64,000 bases of DNA from Macrostomum hystrix. Taxonomy: Eukaryota > Animalia > Platyhelminthes. Under the pieces are notes generated by a model. It was given only the letters and a program-made list of their open reading frames with translations, ran no database searches and had not been told where the DNA came from. Location: contig CATNEN010000001.1 of NCBI GenBank assembly GCA_950097015.1, positions 8,494,001 to 8,558,000 on the forward strand, written 5' to 3'. The position numbers and the translations under genes are program-made. Below, piece by piece: positions 1-11,337 of the stretch (positions within the stretch are counted from its first letter, which is position 1; every line of letters begins with the position of its first letter).

Positions 1-3000
1 TGCGTAGTGTCTGCCGCGGCAGGCACGGTAGCACTTGGCCAGGCTCATGGCTCCGGTGCTGGCTAGAACCGGCAGGTCGCGGCTGCCGTTGTCAACGTAG
101 CATCCGATGAAACGCAGGCCAGGGGCTAGGCAGAGAATTAAGATGAGTTATGACACTGGAGTTAAACTCGATCTGTTTAGCAGAAGACGTCTCGAAATAA
201 GAATAATTTCAGGAAAATTCACTTGGATCAACTGGTCTGGGCAGTCCAGTGGAGAAGACGATGTTTCTCCAGCCAGCGCCGCAGAAGGCGGAGCTGTCAC
301 CGCTGCATCGCATGTTGCACTCGCTGTTGGCCCTGGCACCATAGCGACCGTAGCTATTTCCGCACCAGCACTCGTTGCTGTACTGCAGACCAAAGTAGGC
401 ATAGCGGCGGCGCCTGCACTCGCGATAGCACTTGTAGACACTCATGGATCCGCTGGAGCCCAGTACTGGAAGGTCTCGACTTGCTGAGTCGACAAAGCAG
501 CCGATTCTGCGAAGACCAGGAGCTGGAAGAGAAGCAAGTACCCCCCGATTTTAACGGTAGAACTACCAAGAGGAGTAATTCCCTCCTGACAATGACAGTT
601 TTTGTGCTGCACCCGAACGGAACGGAATAATGCAGGCACACGAAAGTCATGAACACCGGCCAACTTTTCTTTGCGCATCTTCTGAAACAATAATCAAGTA
701 GCCAGCTCTTCAGACCGCTGAGTTATTCAATGCTTCTGGCCGAAAGTCAGATTTTTTCAATAAGCGCTAGTGTATTTTATCCACCCCTAAACACGAAATC
801 GAGCTACACCTCAGTGCGGACTTGCGGGGTTTTGAGAATTTACCAACATGTCACCCGAATGTGCCAGAATCATCTCCGTCTTCGGTGGTCAACGATCTAG
901 ACGGACTGCTGAACCTTTAAGGGCTACAACAGGTGGAACCTATGGACACCTAGGAACCTATGAACCTATGCAACTATGGATACCATTAACATTAATTTCT
1001 CCAATTTCCTTGATCAAGCCTAAATATTTGGCGCAGCTCAACCACAGGACACCCTCGCCAAGTCTGGCAACCAATCAGTCACAACCCTACGCTGTTAGCA
1101 TTCGGGCGCTGTCAAAAAAGTTTCAGGGGGGATTTCCACTCAAAAACTTGATATAAAAACGGGCGGCAAAATAGCTTGGTAGTCCTACGAGTACTATTAA
1201 GCAAGATTCTGTTAAAAACATGAAACTACGAGTAGAAATTAAGCTAACTTTCCATCGACTTCGATACTATAACATTCTCAGACAAAACTGATGCCCACTT
1301 ACTGAGCCTCTCAGCCACACAGATTCGTCGGTTGATTGTTCGGCATCCACAGTCTAAAAACAGAACGAAACATTGAAAATTAATAAAATACGAGTATTGA
1401 GTTCATCAGGTGTTTAAGTTACATATATTGATTAGAATACTTACGTCCTCGCAGAGTATTGTCCAGTGCGTGAGAGTTGGCTGGGAAAGCACTAAAACTC
1501 ATCTTGCCATTAACGGCTCGCTTCACGAACTCCATCAGCTGTTTATAAATGGTTGCAAGCAAAGTTTAATAAAATACGTTTAGCGAGAACTAATCGGCTA
1601 ATCGAAATAACTCAAGAACACACTAAGATCAAGGCTCGGCCCACCTTGTTAAATATTGACGAAGCCAGACGGCTAACTTGTCCATTTGAGTCCCTGGCGA
1701 GCTGGTCAAACTGCTTTGTGCCAACGCCGCACATGTTGCCACTGCCTACGAAGAACAAACGGATATGCTTTGCGTGCAGCTTAGAGGCCACTACGCTACG
1801 CAGGTGTGCGTCCTTCGCAGATGCGTCAGTAAAAAGCATCATGACGGAATTAGGATCTGCAACATCAGCAGCGTCGCGAGCTCCTGACATGGCGAACTCG
1901 GGACAGTCGCCACCGCCGCTGGCGACAAGACGGTCGAGGAATCGCCTGACCTCGGCAGCGTTGGTGGTCTTAAGCACATTTCTAACGTAGGGATCACCGA
2001 AAGTGGCAATCACGTAGTTTTTGAATCGGCGGTTGGACATCAGAATGTTGCGGATATTGTCCTTCACCGACTTAATAACGCGGCCCATGCTACCGGTGGT
2101 GTCGATGACGAAAATCAGAGAGCCGAGGCGCCTCTCCTCAGGGGCCGGCACACAGGAGCAGGTTCGACGACGGATGAACTTCGCCTTGGTTCCAGCCGGG
2201 CATTCTGTGAAAAAATGCGAATTGAAATTAGCCCATTGCACAACTTTGCGAAGACAAGGCGGGAGACAATACTTACTTGACAATGGCTTGCGCACTGGGA
2301 GACCAGTAGTGTAGATGCTGTTTCTCCAGCTCGATCCGCAGAATCTGGACTTGTTGCCGTCGCACCTCATTCTGCACTCGTTGTTCGACCTCCTTCCATA
2401 GCGACCGTAGCTGTTGCCGCACCAGCACTCTCTGCTGTACTGCAGACCAAAGTACGCGTAGCCCCTGGCTCTGCACAGTCGGTAGCACTTGCTGACCTTC
2501 ATGGAGCCAGATCCAGCAAGCACTGGCAGGTCGCGAGTGTTGTTGTCGACGAAGCAGCCGACGAACCTCAGTCCAGGAGCTGAAACGAAATTGGAATGCC
2601 CGACCATCTGTTCGTGAGCTTTTCTCCGTGCCATAATCTTTGCTTTTTCTGTGTCCAGAATGTAATTTAACAATACAATTTCGTAACGTACTGGCTGGCC
2701 TCGGTGTTGGTCTGACGTAGTGTCCGTTGACCTGCACTTCGCACAGAGTCAGTGGGACGTAGTTCCTCGTCTCGATGCGCACGGTTCGTCCGACCAGGTT
2801 GCAGGAGAATGTCCGCACGGAGAAGGCTGTGGATGACCTGTAGGAGGCGCACACACGACCGTCAACCTTGATGACAAAGTCGTTGAGTCGGTCAGCACAA
2901 CAGTCCTGTCGGTTGTGGATGGTGATCGATGTGATTCTGGCCCGTCTGCTGGTCTTTGCCTGCCACCAGGCACCTCTGGCAGTGTTTGTGTGAGTGCAGG

Positions 3001-6000
3001 AGTTGTGGAAGTAGCGCTGATCGGTGTTGCCGTCGATGGCTCTTGAGCAGGGTCCTCCCCAGGCGGTGGAGTGCTGAGAGCAGCCTGACAGAGGCAGCTT
3101 GGCTGGAATATCACAATTTGAGTGATAATCAGTTTTACCAAATACAGTTGCAACCCTTCGTCAGCAAAATGTTTTTAAATGAATGACGACTAGTAGAAAT
3201 GAGGAGAACAAAATACAAAAAAACACAAACTAAAGGTTCAGTAAATAATCAGTTTGTCATTAAGCAAGCACCACAAGGTTTCGTCCAGATTATACGCTCG
3301 TAAGCGAATATGAATCGAAGAATTTGGAAAGAATATTATTAGTAGAAAATGACAAAGGACATAAAAATTTAAACACTACTACATCACAACATTTAATGTA
3401 GGTAGAGACTCAGTGTCTCAAAATATCAACAGCGGCTCACCGTCGGCTGGCCTTCGAACGATAAGACCGGTGGCATAGATGCTGTTTCTCCAGCTCGATC
3501 CGCAGAATCTGGACTTGTTGCCGTCGCACCTCATTCTGCACTCGTTGTTCGACCTCCTTCCGTAGCGACCGTAGCTGTTGCCGCACCAGCACTCTCTGCT
3601 GTACTGCAGACCGAAGTACGCGTAGCCCCTGGCTCTGCACAGTCGGTAGCACTTGCTGACCTTCATGGAGCCAGATCCAGCAAGCACTGGCAGGTCGCGA
3701 GTGTTGTTGTCGACGAAGCAGCCGACGAACCTCAGTCCAGGAGCTGAAACGAAATTGGAATGCCCGACCATCTGTTCGTGAGCTTTTCTCCGTGCCATAA
3801 TCTTTGCTTTTTCTGTGTCCAGAATGTAATTTAACAATACAATTTCGTAACGTACTGGCTGGCCTCGGTGTTGGTCTGACGTAGTGTCCGTTGACCTGCA
3901 CTTCGCACAGAGTCAGTGGGACGTAGTTCCTCGTCTCGATGCGCACGGTTCGTCCGACCAGGTTGCAGGAGAATGTCCGCACGGAGAAGGCTGTGGATGA
4001 CCTGTAGGAGGCGCACACACGACCGTCAACCTTGATGACAAAGTCGTTGAGTCGGTCAGCACAACAGTCCTGTCGGTTGTGGATGGTGATCGATGTGATT
4101 CTGGCCCGTCGGCTGGTCTTTGCCTGCCACCAGGCACCTCTGGCAGTGTTTGTGTGAGTGCAGGAGTTGTGGAAGTAGCGCTGATCGGTGTTGCCGTCGA
4201 TGGCTCTTGAGCAGGGTCCTCCCCAAGCGGTGGAGTGCTGAGAGCAGCGCGACAGAGGCAACTTGGCTGGAATATTGAACAGTTTTTTGTTTTTTAGTCT
4301 TTGGTCTTCAACTTTTAAGTCTAGAGTTACCTTTAGTCGTCCTGCAAAAGAAAAACAGTGAATTGTGCTGACCTGATTCAACTCTGATGCAAGTGTTCCG
4401 GTTGATATATCGGCATCTACATTCTGTGGTATGTTCAACGGTGGTATTTTTGCGATTTACTGTGAAATTTTATTTAGGCTTTAAATAAAGCTTTGAAGCT
4501 CAAGAAGCTTACGTCCTTGCAAGACTCGCTTCAGTGCTGCTGCATCCACTGGGAAGGCGCTGAAGCTGAGTCGTCCATTGGCAGCCCGCTTTACGAATTC
4601 CATTAGCTGTATTGTTTAATTGGGAATATCGATATCAGTATTTCATTATTGTGCTGTATTTATTATATATAATCGAAACTGCAACGCCTGTTTTGATAAC
4701 AGCACTCTTTAAAGCATTCCTAAATATAAAACATTTTATTATTATTAGTTTTTTAAATAAATAATAAATATTTTGATTCGTACAATATAAGCTGCCCTAC
4801 CTTGTTGAAGTGAGCGGAACGCAGGCTAGCAACGTAGCCGCCTGAGCTGCGTGCCAGGGCATCGAACTGTCCAATGCCTCGGCCGCACAGGTTTCCGCTG
4901 GCCACAGCATAGAACCTGATGCCCTTCGCCTTCAGCTTGGCTTCAACTCGACTGCTCAGGTGAGCATCCTTGGCAGAAGCGTCAGTGAACAGCATCATCA
5001 CGGAGTTGGGATCAGCGATATCAGCGGCATCGAGTGCGCCCGACATGGCCATCTCCGGACAGTCGCCGCCTCCAGATGCTCGCAGGCGGTTGAGGAACGC
5101 GACCACCTCGTGGACGTTTGTGGTCTTTTTCAGGTTTCTTTCGTAGGGGTCCCCGAATGTGGCGACGACGTAGTTGTTGAAGCGCGTGTTGGCAGCCAGA
5201 ATCATGCGGATGTTATTCCTCACGGCGTTGATCACGCCGCCCATGCTGCCAGTAATGTCGATGACGAAGACGAGGGAGCCCAGTCTCCTCTCCTCGGGGG
5301 CAGGTGTGCAAGAGCAGGTCCGTCGAGAGATTTTTTTCGGCCGTGTGCCCGCGGGGCATCCTTGGTGTGAATGTGAGAGTTTTGAGCAATAGGATAGGAC
5401 AAAAACCAAAAACTTAAGGTATGCCTGTTTCTGTTAAGGTGAGTTTTTGGAAATACTGAAATTTTCCGATTATTAGGACCAAAGAAAACCTCATGGAAAT
5501 ATAATAATCTGCCAAATGCAGTGAATAAAATGGCTTCCTATTGACCAACAAGCGACGAGCGTATGTACTAACCATTCATCATAAAAGGACGAAAAACGCT
5601 ACACCATACTTCTAAATGAATAAGTCAGCGATAGTTATGAAATCTGTGTTATAAAGGTATACTTACTTAGAGGAGGTCGTCCACCACTGCCACCACTGGC
5701 ACCGCCGTTGCCGCCAACTCGAAGACCGGTGGCGTAGACGCTGTTTCTCCAGCTCGATCCGCAGAATCTGGACTTGTTGCCGTCGCACCTCATGTTGCAC
5801 TCGCCACTGCTTCTGCTGCCATAGCGACCGTAGCTGTTGCCGCACCAGCACTCTCTGCTGTACTGCAGACCGAAGTACGCGTAGCCCCTGGCTCTGCACA
5901 GCTGGTAGCACTTGCTGACCTTCATGGAGCCAGATCCAGCAAGCACTGGCAAGTCGCGAGTGTTGTTGTCAACGAAGCAGCCAATGAACCTCAGTCCTGG

Positions 6001-9000
6001 AGTTGCTGCATTTTTAGGGCTTAGCTAAAACGGTGCTTGTTCAAATTGCAAAAACGTGTAAAATAAAAATGGACTTACGTTTTCTAGCAGCAACACATGT
6101 GCGTCGATTGATGTTACGACACCCACAATCTGAAAAATTATAAAATAAATTTTCATGCGTTTTCTTTACTCAGCTATCAAGTAAGTTCCATTAGCAGGAA
6201 TAGCTATTAAAAACTCCAAGAAAACCAAATACCACTCACGTCCACGAAGAACACGATTCAAAGCGTGAGCGTTGGCGGGGAAAGCGCTGAAGGTCAGGCG
6301 GCCGTTTGCAGCGCGTTTCACGAACTCCATCAGCTGGGGAATAAGGAAGACCCATCGCTAAAGTGAGCAACTCAGCATGATTTAACATTATTATCTAGCT
6401 GCAACCCGTTAATATGCTTTCTTGGACAGTAGGAAACTAAATCTTAAACGGAAATTCACGACACTATTCAGATGTTTACGACAAAAACATGTAGCAATGC
6501 TTAGAGGTCCCTTCAGGTGGTACTTGACAGGGCGGTCAATTTGTTTGCCTCTCGCACCAAGGTTCCTGAGCTCGATTCCGGGCGAGGCCACATTTATTTG
6601 GGGCGCAGCCGCGGAGAGAAGGCTTGGGGGCTTGTCGTGCAATTTACGCCCTTAAAGGCCAACCTCTAAGGCACAGTGAGAGTGTACACTGCCTGACGAT
6701 GAGAAAGTCAGGGCAGCTGTACACACCTGTACGAGCGTTTGCCTGCGTACAGTATCTGTGTGCGTATCTGTGTGCTCAGAAGTCAGCGAAATGGGCCAAA
6801 TTGCCTCCTCGCTGGCTGCGGGTCTAGTCTCACAAAATGACGCGCCATTGCCCGAAGCCCTCCTGCAAATATTATTATAAGAGTTGCCCTACCTTGTTGA
6901 AGTGAGCGGAGCGCAGGCTAGCAACGTAGCCGCCTGAGCTGCGTGCCAGGACTCCGAACTGTCCAGTGCCTCGGCCGCACAAGTTTCCGCTGGCCACAGC
7001 ATAGAACCTGATGCCCTTCGCCTTCAGCTTGGCTTCAACTCGACTGCTCAGGTGAGCATCCTTGGCAGAAGCGTCAGTGAACAGCATCATCACGGAGTTG
7101 GGATCAGCGATATCAGCGGCATCGAGTGCGCCCGACATGGCCATCTCCGGACAGTCGCCGCCTCCAGATGCTCGCAGGCGGTTGAGGAACGCGACCACCT
7201 CGTGGACGTTTGTGGTCTTTTTCAGGTTTCTTTCGTAGGGGTCCCCGAATGTGGCGACGACGTAGTTGTTGAAGCGCGTGTTGGCAGCCAGAATCATGCG
7301 GATGTTGTTCCTCACGGCGTTGATCACGCTGCCCATGCTGCCAGTAATGTCGATGACGAAGACGAGGGAGCCCAGTCTCCTCTCCTCGGGGGCAGGTGTG
7401 CAAGAGCAGGTGTGCCGAGAGATCCATTTTGCTCTGGTGCCAGATGGACAAGACAACGAGCCGGCTGAATGGGAGAGAAGCGAAAACATGGGAATGTTTT
7501 GCAAATTAACTTATTATCCAATGTAGGTTCTGATTTCACGCAAACATGAAATTTTCGTGTTTTTGTGATTACTATCTTACACCTAAATCGAATAGGAACG
7601 AACTTAACAAAAATAAAATTACTTGGTGGACGAGGTGGCCTATATCCGCCGCCAACCCGCAGTCCGGTGGTGTAGATGCTGTTTCTCCAGCTCGATCCGC
7701 AGAATCGCGAGCGGTTGCCGTCGCATCTCATTCTGCACTCGCCGTTCGACCTGCTGCCATAGCGACCGTAGCTGTTGCCGCACCAGCACTCTCTGCTGTA
7801 CTGCAGACCGAAGTACGCGTAGCCCCTGGCTCTGCACAGCTGGTAGCACTTGCTGGCTCTCATGCCACCGGTTCCTGCCAACACTGGTAGGTCACGCGAG
7901 CTGTTGTCGATGAAGCAGCCAATGTATCTCATACCTGGGGCTGTTGTATTGAGAGGGAAGTCTTCAAGTCGCTGTCCAAGGACTATCAGGACCTTACTGA
8001 AGCGATTTTATCTTTATGATAATTACGCGACTATCTCAAACTAATTCGTATTTATACTAGTAGTGTCCCTAAGTAGTCATTAGTTCGTTTTTAGGTCGTT
8101 TTTTATCCGCAGTTCTTAATAAAAACCGATTTAGGAAGAGCATCTGAAAGTTAAAATCTTACTTCGAGGTCGTCGTCCGCCAACCCGCAGTCCGGTGGTG
8201 TAGATGCTGTTTCTCCAGCTCGATCCGCAGAATCGTGAGCGGTTGCCGTCGCATCTCATTCTGCACTCGCCGTTCGACCTGCTGCCATAGCGACCGTAGC
8301 TGTTGCCGCACCAGCACTCTCTGCTGTACTGCAGACCGAAGTACGCGTAGCCCCTGGCTCTGCACAGCTGGTAGCACTTGCTGGCTCTCATGCCACCGGT
8401 TCCTGCCAACACTGGCAGGTCACGCGAGCTGTTGTCGATGAAGCAGCCAATGTACCGCATACCTGGTGCTGTTTTTCGTCAGATACCATTGGAAAGTGCA
8501 GATTATTCATAGGGTTTGAATACTTCTTTCTTTGAAACATGGATCTCCTTAACTTACTCCTTTGCCTGCGGCTTGGGCTGGGTCTGGTCCAGACGCGCCT
8601 TCTGCGTCGGCCCCATCGTCGGATTGTCCTGTGAACCTTTCGAGCGGCTCGCCTAACCGGTCGTGACCACCGCCGGACATGACGTCGTACAGGTCTGGAC
8701 CAGCGACGAACATGCCGGACATGACGTCGTACAGGTCTGGACCAACGACGAACATGCCGGACATGACGTCGTACAGGTCTGGACCAGCGACGAACATGCC
8801 GGACATGACGTCGTACAGGTCTGGACCAACGACGAACATGTCGCCGAACAGGGCTGGTCCATCGCCTCCTGCCCCAACGGGCGTCAGCTAAAATGAATAA
8901 ATCAATAGAATAGACTATTTTAATCGCTGATGAAGGAATCGCCTTTGAGTATTTTATCGTCTTTAGTACTTTGTCTTTTCGTCTAATAACTTTGAATCTT

Positions 9001-9070
9001 TCGAAAGCTTACCCATCGTCAGAGCGCAGACGAAGCAGACCGCCAGAAGCAACCAGGCGATCTTGCCCAT
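1..9070 (-). CDS. Secreted mosaic lectin/adhesion-like protein (3' end outside window): SP - Arg/Trp/His repeat - WSC - WSC - vWA - Cys linker - WSC - vWA - FTP - WSC - FTP - WSC - vWA - Cys linker - WSC - WSC(partial)
   Basis: Phase-consistent GT-AG exons derived manually: 9070-9013, 8887-8558, 8468-8163, 7940-7623, 7464-6893, 6333-6240, 6129-6079, 6005-5667, 5360-4801, 4606-4513, 4266-3856, 3743-3441, 3102-2692, 2579-2277, 2204-1645, 1538-1445, 1353-1303, 522-223, 125-1. N-terminus MGKIAWLLLAVCFVCALTMADA is a typical signal peptide. WSC motif GCFxD...C..C...Y.YFGLQY..ECWCGN...C...C.G....CG. vWA with D[TI]TGSM, GGGDCPE and FTDA. F-type lectin with AIDGN and H-x26-R-x-D-x4-R. Confidence 0.9.
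2692..3102 (-). CDS. F-type (fucolectin/FTP) lectin domain exon, copy 2
   Basis: Near-identical copy of 3856-4266 at an offset of 1164 bp, with the same splice sites. Confidence 0.9.
3856..4266 (-). CDS. F-type (fucolectin/FTP) lectin domain exon, copy 1
   Basis: CSQHSTAWGGPCSRAIDGN...CTHT...WW...NRQDCCADRL...LTLCEVQV. Exactly 26 residues separate His and Arg of the fucose-binding motif. Confidence 0.9.
6508..6878 (+). mobile_element. tRNA-derived SINE, family A (intronic copy)
   Basis: Degenerate tRNA-like head with B-box-like gagctcgattcc (6568-6579). Body shared with 19438-19668 and 34340-34610. (ATT)n-like tail. Confidence 0.7.
6893..7464 (-). CDS. Hemicentin/VWA7-type vWA domain exon (further copies at 4801-5360 and 1645-2204)
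   Basis: LVFVIDITGSM, FGDP, GGGDCPEMAM, FTDASAKD and SSGG motifs match the hemicentin N-terminal vWA pattern. Each copy is completed by a 94-bp exon beginning LMEFVKRA. Confidence 0.85.
8558..8887 (-). CDS. Exon 2 of the mosaic gene: polycationic Arg/Trp/His-rich repeat segment
   Basis: Acceptor ttttag at 8889-8888, donor gtaagt at 8557. Phase 1-1, in frame with exon 1 and the WSC exon at 8468. Translation: ADARWGRRRWTSPVRR(HVRRWSRPVRRHVR)x4RWSRPVRRAARKVHRTIRRWGRRRRRVWTRPSPSRRQR. This frame has no start codon and is missing from the ORF track. Confidence 0.85.
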
Positions 9071-9204
9071 GACTGCAAGTCAGAAGTATACGCTAATCTG
9101 CTTCTAGAATAGATCTTGTAGCGTCAAGCAAATTCTCCTCAATCAACCGCAGCTGAATAAGGAGGATCCCGAGTTGGCCTCGGTAGCGCCGGAACACCGG
9201 TCCG

Positions 9205-9210
9205 TTTATA
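9205..9210 (-). promoter_or_regulatory. Candidate TATA box of the mosaic gene
   Basis: TATAAA on the minus strand about 135 bp upstream of the ATG at 9070, in a GC-richer proximal region. Confidence 0.4.
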
Positions 9211-11337
9211 TCGACATGCAGTCGGTTGGGATCTGCTGACAGAAGCGGAGGCCTGGGCGGGGGTTGCCAGGCTGTTGTCTTCTCGCATAGCATCGGTGCG
9301 CCGTGTCAGCTTTGAGGCTCCGTTTCGCATCTGGTGCTCAGCGACACACCGTCCTTCCCCCACCCCACCCTAGCTTGGGCGAGAGCAGGCAGGACCAAAG
9401 TGAGAAAAAACATTAAATCGATGGTTGGAATTTGCCAGTTTTTTTACTAAAAAAATTCTTTTTGTAAAATGTTGAAAGTATTCGACGCTCGACTAAACCA
9501 TGCGAGAAATTCAATAGGAGCTGTACTGCCTTTCAAGTAGGAGAAGTCGACGCTTAGTCGCCAAGTCCTGCTTTCGGTTGACTCGCTGCTTATCGGAGGG
9601 CGAGGAGCCGAGGTTGCTGGGCTGGGAGGTGAGGGTGTGGGCGACAAGGCTTCTTCCTTGTGCCTATAACAGGCATACAATAGCCCCAATAGAGAGGCTC
9701 CGAATGTCTCGCTAAACACATGGCAGCTCATTGCCCTCACAATATCCCATTATCCCAGCCAAAGCCTCGGAGCCAAGTTGAGATCGAAGATCTCAGTCAA
9801 TCCAGCGCACCTCTCCACCACTAAGAACCGGTTTGAACCAGTTCTTCTTGCTCTTTCCTCCTGCTAGCAAGCAAGCGCAGTATGCAGTCAGATTTGCTGT
9901 CTTCTCGGCCTGAGGTGAAGAGCTACAAAGCAAACAATAGATCTTTTCCCGTCGCATCATCTGCCATCTGTCGCAGGAACTGCTCTATCGAAACTGTTTG
10001 CCTCTGAAAGTTTTTTTGGCCTCTCCCAGTGAAAGCAGAAGGCTAATAACTACACTGTGTCATTGTGGTCTGACACGAAGCACTGAATTTCTGAGCAAAT
10101 TTTGGAAAATTAAAAAAGAAAAATAAGCTAAAAATAGAATGCTCATTCATTATTTGCAATCTCGATGCTGATATGTTAATAGCGTCTAGGAAAAGAGAAC
10201 GGCACTGTATTCTTTTTGTTTGTTTATTTTTAATCGAACGCAACAAGTTGTACAATTGTACAGGTCAGTGCTTACTTATCGATCCAAGGCAGATAATACT
10301 CAAAGCAGACAGCAAAAGGATGCTCAGAAAAGTAATCAATAGGAAAAAGTTTCAAATAAAAACAACGAATTCAAGAGAAAGAGGCGACATGTCTTAAGAA
10401 AAACAACTGGAAAAAAACTTGAAATTGTTGTGTCAAAATTAAGCTGGGTCTTGGTAGATCGGAAGATGCGAAAACTAATTATGTAACGAGTTAAAAAGAT
10501 GCAAGTCATAAATGATGACATGATGAATTGTTCTTGAAATTGCGTTTCCAAATTTGAACTCAACTTAACACGACAGAAGGACGGAAATGTATAATTAATT
10601 AGCTTTATTTGTAACTTTAATAAGTAAAATTGAGGAGTCAAAGACTATTTGGATAAAAAGTTTGTGTTTTTTAGTCATAATTAAAATGCACTTATAAAAT
10701 AAGTTCAACAGTCAAACTATTAAATAAAAGTTCAATGGCACAAATTATTTAAATAGATTTCGTTTGCATTCAAAACTGACAAAGACCTAACAACCTAGAA
10801 GTGCTTATAGTTAAACAAAAAATAAGCACTTAATAATTCATGTCTTTGTACTAAATTAATTGTTGTTCAAAAATACCGAAATAATTAAACTTAAAATAAG
10901 TTGGAATGCTTAAAAGAGTGTTTCTAATTCATGTAGAACAACACTTTATTAGCTACCATTGAAACAGTTTAAAAATATGTAAAAGCCAATAAAATGGTTA
11001 AACTGTGTAGAGAAATTTGAACTACATTAAAAGTTGATCATGATAGGAAAAATTAAGGGAATTAAATAATTAAAATGAGTTCAGTGAGTTAACATCTAAG
11101 TGCCCGGCACAAACAATAGATTGACTGAAAAGTTTTACAGATTATCTGCATTATGATACTACTCGTACATTAACAAGCATAAAAGCTGTTAGCATATAAA
11201 TAAATACCCGATGAAAACGATTCTACATGACTTTAAAAAGTCATTAGAGAAAGCGTGAGTCATTAGAAAAAAATTTGAGCCAATAGAATAGTTTTTGAGT
11301 CATTTTGAGTAGGATTTGAGTCATTAGAGAAGTGTTG

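Noticed and set aside
4331-4341. Possible 11-nt micro-exon in the mosaic gene
   Set aside because: It has AG/GT borders but shifts phase relative to the main acceptor at 4266, and is not needed for an intact frame.
6683-6725. Hammerhead-like CTGACGA...GAAA in SINE family A
   Set aside because: Only 3 nt separate the motifs, so there is no stem II. The segment folds better as a simple hairpin CTGCCTGAC/GTCAGGGCAG.
107-7913. Plus-strand ORFs over the mosaic gene (also those antisense to AKNA, COMMD4, ATG12 and LBR)
   Set aside because: Antisense shadows of GC-rich coding exons with no recognisable domains.
8549-8896. ORF-track peptides over the 42-bp repeat (Cys-rich CSSLVQTCTTSCPA, MFVVGPDLYDVMSG and the antisense ORFs)
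   Set aside because: They are not compatible with the phase-1 splice sites of the flanking exons. The Cys-rich frame stops at 8653, whereas the Arg-rich frame joins both neighbours.
9899-9912. CTTCTCGGCCT resembling the U2 snRNA 5' end
   Set aside because: Only about 11 nt match; no branch-pairing GTAGTA or Sm site follows.
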